Source: Abditibacterium sp. (GTDB lineage Bacteria; Armatimonadota; Abditibacteriia; Abditibacteriales; Abditibacteriaceae). From it: a stretch of 64,000 nucleotides of DNA. Position 1 is the stretch's first letter; each line of letters begins with the position of its first letter. The position numbers and the translations under genes are program-made. Below, in pieces: positions 1-10,274 of this stretch. The notes beneath the pieces were generated by a model. It was given only the letters and a program-made list of their open reading frames with translations. It was not told where the DNA came from and did no database searches. The stretch covers positions 800,001 to 864,000 of the forward strand of contig OZ251992.1 of the NCBI GenBank assembly GCA_965246885.1, in the 5' to 3' direction.

Positions 1-574
1 CGTCGAGGAGTTTGCCGGGGCGCGGCGTTTTACCTTCCAAGTCGGCGATGACGAATTTTTGGCCGACCCCGCCGAGGGCGAAAGCATCTCGTGCAACGGC
101 GTGTGCTTGACGGCGCTGGATTTGACGGCGCGGGCGTATTCCGTCGTCGCCGTCGAGGAAACGCTGCGCCGCACGACGTTGGGCGCCCTGCGCGAGGGTG
201 ATGAAGTGAACCTCGAACGGGCGCTCAAAGTGTCGGCGCGCTTGGGCGGCCACATCGTGCAGGGGCACGTGGACGGCGTGGCCGATGTCGTCGCGGCGCG
301 CGAGGAAGGCGAAAGTTTATGGGTGACGTTCCAACCGCCTTGGACGCTGATGAAGTATGTCGTGGAGAAGGGTTCGGTCTGCTTGGATGGCGTCTCGCTC
401 ACAGTGGCGAACGTGGCGTATGACAAGTTCTCGATTGCCCTCATCCCGCATACGCGCGAAGTGACCAACGCGAAATCGTGGCTCCCCGGTGCGCGCGTCA
501 ACGTCGAAGTGGACATCCTCGCCAAATACATCGAGCGTTTGACGAAGTGGACGCGCACCCAAGAAGCGCAGTAG
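1..574 (+). CDS. ribE: riboflavin synthase alpha chain (5' partial)
   Basis: Frame is open from position 2. Motifs SISCNGVCLT, VNLERAL, GGHIVQGHVDG, EKGSVCLDGVSLTV, VNVEVDILAKY. Confidence 0.96.
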   Translation, partial: VEEFAGARRFTFQVGDDEFLADPAEGESISCNGVCLTALDLTARAYSVVAVEETLRRTTLGALREGDEVNLERALKVSARLGGHIVQGHVDGVADVVAAREEGESLWVTFQPPWTLMKYVVEKGSVCLDGVSLTVANVAYDKFSIALIPHTREVTNAKSWLPGARVNVEVDILAKYIERLTKWTRTQEAQ

Positions 575-580
575 ACCCCG

Positions 581-1834
581 ATGACCCCGCCATTTTCCAC
601 CATCGAAGAAGCACTCGCCGATTTCAAAGTCGGCAAGATGGTGCTTGTCACCGACGACGAGCACCGCGAGAACGAGGGCGACCTGATTATGGCGGCGCAG
701 TTTTGCGACGCCAAAGCGATTAACTTCATGCTGCGCCGCACGTCGGGCATCATCTGCGTTCCTTTGGAGGGGCGGCGCTGCGACGAGTTGCAACTGCCAG
801 CCATGACGCAAAGCTCGACCGACCGGAGGGGAACGGCCTACACCATTTCGGTGGACGCGCGCGACGGGACGACGACTGGCATCGCCGCGAGCGAGCGCGC
901 CCGCACAGTCCAACTGCTCGCCGACCCCCATGCCAAGCCGGAAGACTTTCTGCGCCCCGGCCACACCTTTCCTTTGCGCGCGCGCGAGGGCGGCGTATTG
1001 GCACGCGCCGGGCACACCGAAGCGGCGGTAGATTTGGCGCGGCTGGCCGGATTAACTCCGGCGGGCGTCATTTGCGAGGTGGTGGACGATGAGGGCGAAC
1101 CGGCTCGCTTGCCGTTTTTGCAGAACTTCGCCCGCGAGCATGACATCAAGCTCATCACGGTTGCGGAACTCATCCGCTATCGGCGGCAAACCGAGAAGTT
1201 AGTGACGTTCGTCGCGCAGGCGCGTTTGCCGACGCAGTTCGGCGAGTTCCGGGCCTTGGCGTACGAGGCGAACTTGGACAAGACGCCGTATGTGGCGCTC
1301 GTTAAAGGGGAAATAAAGCCGGAAGAGCCGACGCTGGTGCGCGTTCATTCTGGGTGTCTCACGGGGGACGCGCTGGGGTCGCTCCGGTGTGATTGCGGGG
1401 AGCAGTTGCACGCGGCGCTCGCGCAAATCGAAGCGGCGGGAAGCGGCGTGTTGCTGTATATCGAGCACCACGAAGGAAGGGGCATCGGCATCCTCAATAA
1501 GATACGCGCCTACTCCTTGCAAGACGGCGGCGCCGACACGGAGCAGGCCAACCACGCCCTTGGCTTTGCCTCCGATGCGCGAGATTATGGCATCGGAGCG
1601 CAGGTGCTCTACGATTTGGGCGTGCGGAAGATGCGTCTGCTCACCAATAACCCCTCCAAGCGTGTGGGGTTGGACGGCTACGGCTTGGAAATCGTCGAGC
1701 GCGTCCCGATTCGCCCGACAGTGAGCGCGGAGAACCGCTTCTACTTGCAAACCAAGCAGGACAAGATGGGTCACATAGACATCGTGCCGGTCGAGAAGTT
1801 GGACGAGCAAAGCGAGGAGGCGCCGTCGGGGTAG
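581..1834 (+). CDS. ribBA: bifunctional DHBP synthase / GTP cyclohydrolase II
   Basis: DDEHRENEGD, RAGHTEAAVD, VRVHSGCLTGD..GSLRCDCG, EGRGIG, LLTNNP. Confidence 0.97.
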   Translation: MTPPFSTIEEALADFKVGKMVLVTDDEHRENEGDLIMAAQFCDAKAINFMLRRTSGIICVPLEGRRCDELQLPAMTQSSTDRRGTAYTISVDARDGTTTGIAASERARTVQLLADPHAKPEDFLRPGHTFPLRAREGGVLARAGHTEAAVDLARLAGLTPAGVICEVVDDEGEPARLPFLQNFAREHDIKLITVAELIRYRRQTEKLVTFVAQARLPTQFGEFRALAYEANLDKTPYVALVKGEIKPEEPTLVRVHSGCLTGDALGSLRCDCGEQLHAALAQIEAAGSGVLLYIEHHEGRGIGILNKIRAYSLQDGGADTEQANHALGFASDARDYGIGAQVLYDLGVRKMRLLTNNPSKRVGLDGYGLEIVERVPIRPTVSAENRFYLQTKQDKMGHIDIVPVEKLDEQSEEAPSG

Positions 1835-1879
1835 AGCACGTTTCCCGGCGGGCAGGGCGCGCTTTGGCTCAAACTGGCG

Positions 1880-2374
1880 TTGATGAATCCAACACCACCT
1901 GCGCGCCGGACATGGCTCATTATCTTCGCCGCGCTGTCGGCGACCGTGTTTGTGTATGGGCTACTTGCCTATCTCATCGAGCACAACCCGCAGTCGCACC
2001 GCACGGTTAATCCGGCGAGCGTGGCGACGATGCGCCCGCTACTCATCCTGCTCGCGCTGGGAATGTTGGGAGCGTCGGTCGCGTGGCTGCGCTTTCGGGT
2101 GGACGGGAAGATAGGCGAGGACGGGCGGGAGCTTCTGCTGACGCCGGGGCAGTTCCAGACTGACTCGATTGTCTCCCTCGCGCTGAGTGAGGCGTGTACC
2201 ATCTACGGGTTGCTTCTCTTCTTTTTGGGCGCGCCGCTCCGCGAATATGCGCTGTTCGGGCTGGGAACACTGCTCGTGAACTTCGCGTTCATCCTACCGC
2301 GCGGTCTCGCGTTTTGGGCGGCGTGGGAAAAGCAAGCGGCGGCGGGCGACAATCCGTTAAACCCTATGCCATGA
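1880..2374 (+). CDS. hypothetical integral membrane protein (about 4 TM)
   Basis: Four hydrophobic segments. Stop overlaps the ribH start (ATGA). ATG at 1883 is the likely start. Confidence 0.75.
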   Translation: MMNPTPPARRTWLIIFAALSATVFVYGLLAYLIEHNPQSHRTVNPASVATMRPLLILLALGMLGASVAWLRFRVDGKIGEDGRELLLTPGQFQTDSIVSLALSEACTIYGLLLFFLGAPLREYALFGLGTLLVNFAFILPRGLAFWAAWEKQAAAGDNPLNPMP

Positions 2375-2841
2375 CAACACACGAAGGGCGCCTTGGGGCG
2401 CCGTCCGAATTGAAAGTCGCCATCGCCGTTTCGCGCTTCAACGAGCTAATCACCGAGCGGTTATTAGAAGGCGCGCTGTGGGCGTGGAAGCGGCACGGCG
2501 GAAGCGAGGAGAACGTCGAAGTCGCGCGCGTTCCGGGCGCCTTCGAGCTTCCGTTGGCGGCCAAGGCGCTGGCGGCGACGGGGCGTTTTGGGGCGGTCGT
2601 GTGTTTGGGCGCGGTAATTCGCGGCGCCACGACGCACTACGACTATGTGTGCTCGGCGGCGACTTCCGGGATAGCGAGCGTGGGTTTGGAAAGCGGTTTG
2701 CCAGTTGTGTTCGGGGTGCTGACAACCGACACCTTGGAGCAAGCGTTTGAGCGCGCGGGGTCAAAAGCTGGCAACAAGGGCGCCGAAGCGATGGAGGTCG
2801 CGCTCGAAATGAGCGACCTTTTGCGCCAACTGAAGTCGTAA
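2371..2841 (+). CDS. ribH: 6,7-dimethyl-8-ribityllumazine synthase
   Basis: SRFNELIT, VPGAFELP, LGAVIRGATTHYDYV, FGVLTTD, GNKGAEA. ATG at 2371 lies inside ORF 2194..2841. Confidence 0.97.
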   Translation: MTTHEGRLGAPSELKVAIAVSRFNELITERLLEGALWAWKRHGGSEENVEVARVPGAFELPLAAKALAATGRFGAVVCLGAVIRGATTHYDYVCSAATSGIASVGLESGLPVVFGVLTTDTLEQAFERAGSKAGNKGAEAMEVALEMSDLLRQLKS

Positions 2842-2843
2842 CG

Positions 2844-3668
2844 ATGGAAATTCCAATCACCGCCCCCTTTGATCTGCACTGCCACGCCTTGCCTGACTGG
2901 GACGACGGGCCGGACAATCTCGACGGCTCCCTTGCGCTGTTAGGGCGGGCGGAAAGTGCCGGAACGCAAACGCTCGTCGCCACCCCGCACATCGGGCGCA
3001 AGTGGAAGCACCGCGAGAATCACTCCTCCGAAGCCATCGCGGATGCCGTCGAGCGGTTGAACGCCGCCGCGCGCGCGCGCGGCTTGTCTATCCGCGTCGT
3101 GCCCGGCGCTGAGCTTTTGATGGGCGCCATAGATATTGGCGGCGCCGACGAAATCAAGGCTTCGTGGACATACGGCAACGCGGGCAAGTGGGCGCTGATC
3201 GAATCGCCCGGCGTGACGTGGCCCACGTTTGGGAACCATATCGTCTACGAACTGGCGCGGCGTGGCATCCGCAGTGTTTTGGCGCACCCCGAACGCTACG
3301 CCGACGTGCAAAAGGACGTAAACGTATTGGCGACCGCGCTGGGGCAGGGCGCGTTGGTGCAAATCACGGCGGGCGTCCTGTCGGGGCAGATGGCCGACAA
3401 AGCGATGAGCCGTTGCGCGGCGCAGTTGCTGCGCGCGGGTATGGTGCATCTGGTGGCGTCCGATGCGCATATGGCGGAGCACACCATGCCGGGAGAAGTG
3501 GTCGCGCACGTGGTGGAGCGCGTCGGCGAACTGCGCGCGCGCCAGATTTTCGAGGACAACCCGCGCGCCGTGTTGGAAGGCGGCTCCGTCGCGCCGCAGT
3601 TCGACGTCGCGCCCCAAGCGGCGGCAAGTGGAAGTTTTTGGGGAAAACTGTGGGGCAGGGGCGGCTAA
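2844..3668 (+). CDS. CpsB/CapC (PHP-type) tyrosine-protein phosphatase
   Basis: DLHCHALP..DDG, ATPH, LAHPERY, VASDAH. Adjacent to Wza/Wzc-like genes. Confidence 0.92.
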   Translation: MEIPITAPFDLHCHALPDWDDGPDNLDGSLALLGRAESAGTQTLVATPHIGRKWKHRENHSSEAIADAVERLNAAARARGLSIRVVPGAELLMGAIDIGGADEIKASWTYGNAGKWALIESPGVTWPTFGNHIVYELARRGIRSVLAHPERYADVQKDVNVLATALGQGALVQITAGVLSGQMADKAMSRCAAQLLRAGMVHLVASDAHMAEHTMPGEVVAHVVERVGELRARQIFEDNPRAVLEGGSVAPQFDVAPQAAASGSFWGKLWGRGG

Positions 3669-3809
3669 ACGACGCGCCTTGACACTCGCCCCCTTCATAC
3701 GGATGCACGAAAAAGCGGGGAACGCGCACACTCTAAGGAAGTGGCGTGACCCTTTTGGGCTGTGCGGCGTCTAACGTCCGCTCGGCACCTCTTGCTCGAA
3801 CCCGTTCTT

Positions 3810-5801
3810 ATGAAATCGTTTCTTTGGATCTTTTCTCCGCTTGTAGGCTTAGGCGGTGCGTTGATGTGTGGTGCACCTGCGAGCGCGGGCGCGAGCGCGG
3901 CTCCGGCTCGTCCGCTTCCGGGCGCGGCGGCGCCCTTGGCCGTTGACGCGGCGCGCTACGTGTTGGGGCCGGATGACGTCGTTTCGGTGGCCGTCGTGCG
4001 CCACCCCGAATTTTCCGCCGACAACGTGGTCGTGCCCAGTTCCGGCTCGATTGTTCTGCCCGTTGCGGGCGCGGTTCGTTTTGCGGGGCGCACGCTCGCC
4101 CAAGTGGATGCGGAGATCACGCAAAAGATGCGCGTGCGTTTGGTGCATCCCGAAGTTAACGTCGCACTCACCCGCCCGCGCCCGCGCCCGCTCTACGTTC
4201 AAGGCGCCGTCAAAGCGGGCGGCGTGTTGGAATTCAAGAACGGCTGGCGCATCACTCAAGCGCTCGCGGCGGCGGGCGGCTTGTCGAGTGACCCCGACTT
4301 GGCGGCAGTCTCGCTCACGCGCGGCGGACGAATCATTCTGGACGAGAAAATCTCCCCGATCCTGAGCGACGCGACGGGCAAGTCGAACATCGCGCTTGAA
4401 GTCGGCGACACGCTGCGCTTTTATGGGCGCGTGGTGAATGTGAGTGTGAGCGGCGCCGTCGCTAAACCGGGCTTCTTCGCCATTCCGCGCGGCGGCGGAG
4501 TCGTCGAAGCGGTCGGCTTGGCGGGCGGGCCGACCGAAACCGCTTCGCTGTCCAAGGCCACCATCCGCCGCGCGACGGGGGCGGTCATCGCCGTCAACTT
4601 GTTCAAGGCGCTCCGCGGAAACGACGCCTCGCAAAACATCCCCTTGCGCGAAGGTGACACCATCAATGTGCCCGCCACCCTCGACCGCGTTTCCGTCTTG
4701 GGCGAAGTGAAAACGCAGGGCGTGGTGCCCATTGAGGACGGGCGCACGCTCCATGTTTCGGACGCCGTCGCCCGCGCAGGCGGCCCGACCGAATACGCCG
4801 CTCTCACGCGCGCCACCATCGGCCACGCCAACGGCACCACGCAACCCGTCAACTTGTATAGCATCATCTCCAAGGGCCAAAAGAGCGCCGATTTTGCGCT
4901 CCTTCCCGGCGACGTCATCAACGTCCCGCGCGCGCGCGGCATCACTGTGACGGGCGAAGTCAACAAGGGCGGCATTATTCCCCTCGAAGAAGGGGGAGAG
5001 CCGCGCGTCTTGGACGCCATCGCTGCGGCGGGCAACCTCGTTTCAACGCTTAAGCCCGAACGCGCCCACATTTCCATCGCGCGCATCCAACCCGACGGCA
5101 AAACCTTCCCCATCATTGTGGACGCGGCGGGCCTCCTCAACCAGACCGATCTGGGCCAAAACGTGCGCTTGCAAGACGGCGACGTCGTCTCCGTCTCGGC
5201 AGTTGCGCGCGCCCTCGTGACGGTGAACGGCAACGTGAAAACGTCCGGTCAATACGAGATAGATGCGGGCGACGGCGTGCCCGAAGTCATCGCCCGCGCA
5301 GGCGGCGCAACCGACGATGCGGCCTTGTCGCGTATCTCCATCGCGCGGCGCGGCGACAAGCAACCCGTGTTTCTGTCGTATGTGGACGCCATCAAACGCG
5401 GCGGCGCGCGGCCCGATTATCCCCTGCAAAACGGTGACGTCATCACCGTCGCGCGCAACGAGTCGCGCGCAACGGTGCTGGCGGCGGTCAACAAACCCGG
5501 CAACTACGCCTTGCCCGAAGACCGCGTGGCCACCATCGGTGATTTAATCACCTTTGCGGGCGGCACCAGCTTTCAAGCCAAAACGCGCGAAGTGGCGCTT
5601 CTGCGCAAGACCCCGTCGGGCGTCAAGCAGTGGGTGTATCCGATGGACAAGCCGAACAAGGAAGGCGTCTTGGCGGTGGATGTCCCTGTACAAGCGGGCG
5701 ACGTGCTGTATGTGCCCACCGTTAAAACCAGCCCCTCCACCCTGAGCAATCTCGCCGGTATTTTAGGGGCCGTCGGCTCCGTCCGTTACACTTTCAAATA
5801 A
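3810..5801 (+). CDS. polysaccharide export protein (Wza/KpsD-like, Poly_export plus multiple SLBB repeats)
   Basis: Signal peptide, YVLGPDDVVSV..G.I.LP domain, then about 6 repeats of V.V.G.V..PG...A.AGG...A.L.....L..GD.I.VP. Confidence 0.9.
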   Translation: MKSFLWIFSPLVGLGGALMCGAPASAGASAAPARPLPGAAAPLAVDAARYVLGPDDVVSVAVVRHPEFSADNVVVPSSGSIVLPVAGAVRFAGRTLAQVDAEITQKMRVRLVHPEVNVALTRPRPRPLYVQGAVKAGGVLEFKNGWRITQALAAAGGLSSDPDLAAVSLTRGGRIILDEKISPILSDATGKSNIALEVGDTLRFYGRVVNVSVSGAVAKPGFFAIPRGGGVVEAVGLAGGPTETASLSKATIRRATGAVIAVNLFKALRGNDASQNIPLREGDTINVPATLDRVSVLGEVKTQGVVPIEDGRTLHVSDAVARAGGPTEYAALTRATIGHANGTTQPVNLYSIISKGQKSADFALLPGDVINVPRARGITVTGEVNKGGIIPLEEGGEPRVLDAIAAAGNLVSTLKPERAHISIARIQPDGKTFPIIVDAAGLLNQTDLGQNVRLQDGDVVSVSAVARALVTVNGNVKTSGQYEIDAGDGVPEVIARAGGATDDAALSRISIARRGDKQPVFLSYVDAIKRGGARPDYPLQNGDVITVARNESRATVLAAVNKPGNYALPEDRVATIGDLITFAGGTSFQAKTREVALLRKTPSGVKQWVYPMDKPNKEGVLAVDVPVQAGDVLYVPTVKTSPSTLSNLAGILGAVGSVRYTFK

Positions 5802-5834
5802 GCAGATAGCGTCCTCCCCCGCGACCACTCCATC

Positions 5835-8054
5835 ATGCAAAACGGTAAAGACCCACACTTCGCTATGACACCGCCTTCGTCCGATGAGCGCAATGGCAAC
5901 GGCGTCTCGGTTTTGGCGACGCACAGCGAACCGGGTTGGAGCGCCTCTTATGCGCGCGAGCGCGAGGAAGACGACTCCTTTCAGTGGCACAAGCTCATGG
6001 CCATCGTGCGCCGCCGCCGCAAGACGGCGTTGGCCACCTTCGCGGCTATATTGGGTCTGGGCGCCGTTTACTATGCCCTCGCGCCGCGCATCTATCAAGC
6101 GCAGGCCGACCTGCGCATCTCCAGCCCCAATTCGGGATTCGGCTCCTCATTGGGCGACTCCTTGCCCGCTTTTGCCGGTCTGCTCGACACCACGCGCGCT
6201 GGCTCGCAGGAAACCGAAGCCGCCATCTTAGGCTCCAAGCCGATGCAGCAGAACGCGCTCAAGCAGTTGTCCCCGCGCTACAGTGGCAAGGGCGCCCGCG
6301 CCATGCACGTGGATATTCGCCCGCTCCACTCGACCGAGATCATCTCCGTTGTGGTGTCGGGCCGCGACAAAAACGGCGCCATCGCTTATGCCAACGCCAT
6401 CTGCGACACCTACCTGCGGGAGAACCAGCGCAACAGTTCCGACGTGTATCGCGGCACGGCGGCGTATGTTTTGACCGAGCTAAAGAAAACCCGCGACGAA
6501 CTCGACCGTGCGCGCGCGGCGGTGCGCGATTACAAGGACAAGCACGGCGTGGTTGACCTGAGCCGCGAAGGGGAAGCGCGCGTGAAACTGCTCGGCGACC
6601 TGACGGCGCAGTATCAAAGCGCTGTCGCCGACGCCAACGGCGCGCAGCAAGGGTTGGCCTCGCTGCAAAATCAGTTGCCCGCCCTTGCGCCCGAACAGGA
6701 AGCCTCGCGCACCCTCGTGCAAAGCCCGCGCGTGGTGCAACTGCGCCAGCAACTGACCAGCCTCGAAGCGCAGAACTTGCAACTGCGCCAAGAGTTCACA
6801 CCCACTTCCCCCGAAGTGCGCGAGGTCGAAGGCAACATCGCGGCGCTTAAAGCGCAACTGGGCAACACCATCCAATCGGAAGTTTCCTCCTCGGTGCGCC
6901 AACCGAACGTGTTGCGCACGCAAGTGCAAAGCGACATTTCCAAGACGCGCACGCTGATCCTGACCAGCCAAGCCCGCGCTGATGCCCTCAAACAGTCCAT
7001 TGCTCAGGAACAGCAGAAACTGCGGGCGCTTCCGACCAACGAATTCCGTTTGTCGCAATTGCAATCCGACCTTGCCATCGCCGAGCGAACGTATGGCCTG
7101 CTTTCCGATAAATACCAAACGCTGCGGATTTCGCAAGAAGCGCCTTCGGCCAATGCACGCATCATCGCGCGCGCCGATGAAGCCGTGCTGGTGTCGCCGA
7201 TATTTCGCACCACTTTGCTGGCGACTCTGCTCTTGGGCCTCGCGGCGGCGCTGGGCGTGGCCGCGCTGTTAGACCGCATAGACGACCGCATCTTCGGCGA
7301 GGACGACGTGCGCTCCCTAACGGGCCTGCCCGTGCTCGCTCAAATCCCGTTGCTCAAAAACGTGCCGCGCCCGCTTATCCATTTGGCGTCGGTGCCGCCC
7401 TCGCTGTTGGAAAGCTACCGGATGTTGCGCACGCAACTGGTGCTGTCCGCGCCGCGCGGCTCAATGAAGACCATCCTTGTCACCAGTAGCCAACCGCACG
7501 AGGGAAAGTCCACTACCGCCTCCAACATCGCCATTGCGATGGCGCTCAACGGTCATCGCGTCATCCTCGTGGACTGCGACCTGCGCCGCCCGCACATGCA
7601 CGTCAACTTCGAGATAGACAACAGCATTGGACTCACGTCGGTGGTGGCCGGCGTTAACACGCTCGAAGAAGCCCTCGTGGACTCGGCAGTCGAAGGGTTG
7701 CGGTTGTTGCCCGGTGGCCCGATGCCCCCCAACCCGCCCGAACTGCTCGACGCCCTGCCGACCCGCCAGTTGATCGCCCTTCTGCGCGACATGGCCGACG
7801 TCGTAATTCTCGACTCGCCGCCCGTTTTGATGATGGCCGACGCTCAAATCGTGGCGACGATGGCCGATGGGGTCGTTCTCGTCGTTTCGGCGCACGAAGC
7901 CAAGCGTCATGCGACCGAGCGCGCCGTTTCGCTGATCGAGATGACCGGCGCGCGTTTGCTCGGCATCGTGCTCAACAAGCAGGACGTGCGGTCTGGCAAC
8001 TACTACGGTTACTACCAGCAAAGCACCTACGCCCTCGATGCCCACGCGAAGTAA
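5835..8054 (+). CDS. wzc: Wzc/GumC polysaccharide co-polymerase with BY-kinase domain
   Basis: Two TM segments flanking a coiled coil, ESYRMLRT, Walker A SSQPHEGKST, LVDCDLRRP, ILDSPP, C-terminal Tyr cluster NYYGYYQQSTY. Confidence 0.93.
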   Translation: MQNGKDPHFAMTPPSSDERNGNGVSVLATHSEPGWSASYAREREEDDSFQWHKLMAIVRRRRKTALATFAAILGLGAVYYALAPRIYQAQADLRISSPNSGFGSSLGDSLPAFAGLLDTTRAGSQETEAAILGSKPMQQNALKQLSPRYSGKGARAMHVDIRPLHSTEIISVVVSGRDKNGAIAYANAICDTYLRENQRNSSDVYRGTAAYVLTELKKTRDELDRARAAVRDYKDKHGVVDLSREGEARVKLLGDLTAQYQSAVADANGAQQGLASLQNQLPALAPEQEASRTLVQSPRVVQLRQQLTSLEAQNLQLRQEFTPTSPEVREVEGNIAALKAQLGNTIQSEVSSSVRQPNVLRTQVQSDISKTRTLILTSQARADALKQSIAQEQQKLRALPTNEFRLSQLQSDLAIAERTYGLLSDKYQTLRISQEAPSANARIIARADEAVLVSPIFRTTLLATLLLGLAAALGVAALLDRIDDRIFGEDDVRSLTGLPVLAQIPLLKNVPRPLIHLASVPPSLLESYRMLRTQLVLSAPRGSMKTILVTSSQPHEGKSTTASNIAIAMALNGHRVILVDCDLRRPHMHVNFEIDNSIGLTSVVAGVNTLEEALVDSAVEGLRLLPGGPMPPNPPELLDALPTRQLIALLRDMADVVILDSPPVLMMADAQIVATMADGVVLVVSAHEAKRHATERAVSLIEMTGARLLGIVLNKQDVRSGNYYGYYQQSTYALDAHAK

Positions 8055-8075
8055 ATTGCCGCGCCGCCCCGATTT

Positions 8076-9470
8076 GTGCGCCGCTCGCTCCTCTGGCACA
8101 CCATGAGTTTTTTACAAACTGCCGCCCTTGAAATGCTGGTGTGCCTACCGTTTTGCATTAGTTTGTCGCGGCGCACCGGCCTGCTTTCGCCCGCCGCGAC
8201 TTCGGCCAACTTCGCCTTCGCGTGCCTGCTGTTCGCCTTCGTTATCAAGTGGACGAACTTTGATTTGTGGTCGCTTCCCGTCGGCGGTATCGCATTTCGC
8301 CTCACTGCCACCGAGGGCGCCTACATTGCCGCCGCGCATATCTACACCTTTTTCATCCTGCTCACCTATTGCAGCGCGTGGGGCATCCGCCAGCGCAAGG
8401 CGCCCGAAGCCGGGGAAGCGCCCTCCAAAATCGCGGCGAGGATTCAAAAAATGGCGCGCCGCGCGCGTGGCTTTCATAGCCTGTTCGCGCCCGCTCTCTT
8501 TACGGGGTGCGCGCTTCACTTTCTCTTCGCCCTCCTTCCTAACCTCCAAAACTTCTACTTCACGGATCGTTCCAACATCCTCATCGGCCCCATCTTGTTG
8601 GTTTCCACAATTCTGTGCTACTATTCTTCCAAGATGGCCAGAAAGTCCTACTTCGTCTTCTACCTCATCTGCTTCTTCTACTCTTTCGGGATTATGCTCG
8701 GCTCTTACTCGCGCATCATCCCTTTAATCTTCCTCGTTTTGGCGCTTTGCGTTTCGATAGATTCCAGCATCAAGAAGCCTTGGCTCCGTGTATCGGGGGC
8801 GACGGTCTTGGGTATCTTGACCGTCTTCTTCATGATCTACTCGCTGCTCGGTCGCACCTACCGCGACGACGGTTTGAACTACGCGCTCGTTTGGAAGACG
8901 CTCCAGCAATCGGCAGACCCGGCCAACGCTTACATCCTTACGACCGCTCTTACTAACGTCTTTCATGGCGTCCTCTTGTTGGCCGAATGCATGGACACTA
9001 CTGGCGCGGCTTACTCCTCTTCTTATCAGTGGCTTTCCTTGTCTCCTTTCCCCTCCTTCATTGATGGCTGGGATCAAGTATTGGACGAGCAGATCAGAAT
9101 CAACATCTACACACCGTTCAGCACCTTCGCCGAAGCCTACTTCTTCTCCCTTGTGCCGCAAGTCGCGCTGATAGCCATTTATTTTGGCTGCACCCGGACG
9201 ATGACCCGCTTCCACGCCAACCACTCCGGCTGGCGGAGGATATTCATCACTTCTTTCAGTTTGTTGTGCTGGGCTATTATGAGCCAATATCCCGTCCGCA
9301 ACATCCTCCGCATCTTTTTGTTGGCGACGGTTTTGTGCGCGGTGTTGCGCGTGCGTCGCCCTAAAACGGCTCCGCGCCGGGGGAGCGCGCCGCCCTTTGC
9401 GCCGCGTGGCCCCATCGCCGTGCAAACTGGCCGCGTCGGGGGGCCGCGCTTGAACGCACCTCCCCGCTAA
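8076..9470 (+). CDS. polytopic membrane protein, putative Wzy-type polysaccharide polymerase
   Basis: About 10 TM segments with a large loop near the C-terminus. Directly follows wzc. T-rich, lower-GC core. Start uncertain (8076 GTG or 8103 ATG). Confidence 0.6.
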   Translation: MRRSLLWHTMSFLQTAALEMLVCLPFCISLSRRTGLLSPAATSANFAFACLLFAFVIKWTNFDLWSLPVGGIAFRLTATEGAYIAAAHIYTFFILLTYCSAWGIRQRKAPEAGEAPSKIAARIQKMARRARGFHSLFAPALFTGCALHFLFALLPNLQNFYFTDRSNILIGPILLVSTILCYYSSKMARKSYFVFYLICFFYSFGIMLGSYSRIIPLIFLVLALCVSIDSSIKKPWLRVSGATVLGILTVFFMIYSLLGRTYRDDGLNYALVWKTLQQSADPANAYILTTALTNVFHGVLLLAECMDTTGAAYSSSYQWLSLSPFPSFIDGWDQVLDEQIRINIYTPFSTFAEAYFFSLVPQVALIAIYFGCTRTMTRFHANHSGWRRIFITSFSLLCWAIMSQYPVRNILRIFLLATVLCAVLRVRRPKTAPRRGSAPPFAPRGPIAVQTGRVGGPRLNAPPR

Positions 9471-9473
9471 AGC

Positions 9474-10190
9474 GTGCAACTCTTCGACTTTTCCGCCGCT
9501 TCTCCCGCCGCTAACCTTGCCTTGGACGAGGCTTTGCTTGACGCTGCCGAGGAAGAAGGCGGCCCGCCCACGTTACGATTCTGGGAATCGCCGACACCCT
9601 TCATCGCGCTCGGCTACACCAACCGCGCGGCGACCGAAACCGACGAAGCGGCCTGCCGCGCGCACGGCGTCCCTATCCTGCGCCGCGCGAGCGGCGGCGG
9701 GACTGTTTTGCAAGGGCCGGGGTGCTTAAACTATGCGCTCATCGAGCGCATCGGGGGCGACGGAACTTTCCACGTCGGTGCGACGAACGAGTGGGTAATG
9801 TCCCGCGTGCGTGGCGCGCTCGACCCATTACTCGGCGGGGAAGTTTTGCTCCAAGGCACCACCGACCTGACGTGGCGCGGGCGCAAGTTTTCCGGCAACG
9901 CGCAAAAGCGGCGCGCGCGCTGCTTTCTCTTTCACGGCACCGTTCTCCTTGACTTCAACCTCGCCTTCGTGGGGCAATTGCTACGACCTCCCTCGAAAGA
10001 ACCTGCCTACCGCGCGGGGCGCCCGCACGCCGCCTTCATCGGCAACGTGCCTTTGGAACGCGCCGCCGTTAAAGCCGCGCTCGCCCTCGCGTTTGGCGCC
10101 GATGAAGCTGCGACCGATGTGCCCCGCGCGCGTGCGGACGCCCTTGTCGCCGCGCGCTACGGGCGCGACGAGTGGAACTTCCGCTTTTAA
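9474..10190 (+). CDS. lipoate-protein ligase A family (catalytic domain only)
   Basis: NLALDEALL, RRASGGGTVL, KFSGNAQ, HGTVL. Confidence 0.9.
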   Translation: MQLFDFSAASPAANLALDEALLDAAEEEGGPPTLRFWESPTPFIALGYTNRAATETDEAACRAHGVPILRRASGGGTVLQGPGCLNYALIERIGGDGTFHVGATNEWVMSRVRGALDPLLGGEVLLQGTTDLTWRGRKFSGNAQKRRARCFLFHGTVLLDFNLAFVGQLLRPPSKEPAYRAGRPHAAFIGNVPLERAAVKAALALAFGADEAATDVPRARADALVAARYGRDEWNFRF

Positions 10191-10274
10191 CCGTGTGGGT
10201 AGAGCGCCGTAAAAGCGGCGAACCGAACCGCCTTCCCAACCATCAGGAACAGGGCGGCCCCTACGCCCCCCGCC

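Noticed and set aside
3669..3860. ops/JUMPStart element before the polysaccharide export gene
   Set aside because: Only a partial match (ggcggtgcg at about 3852) inside the CDS. TTGACA at 3679 has no convincing -10 partner.
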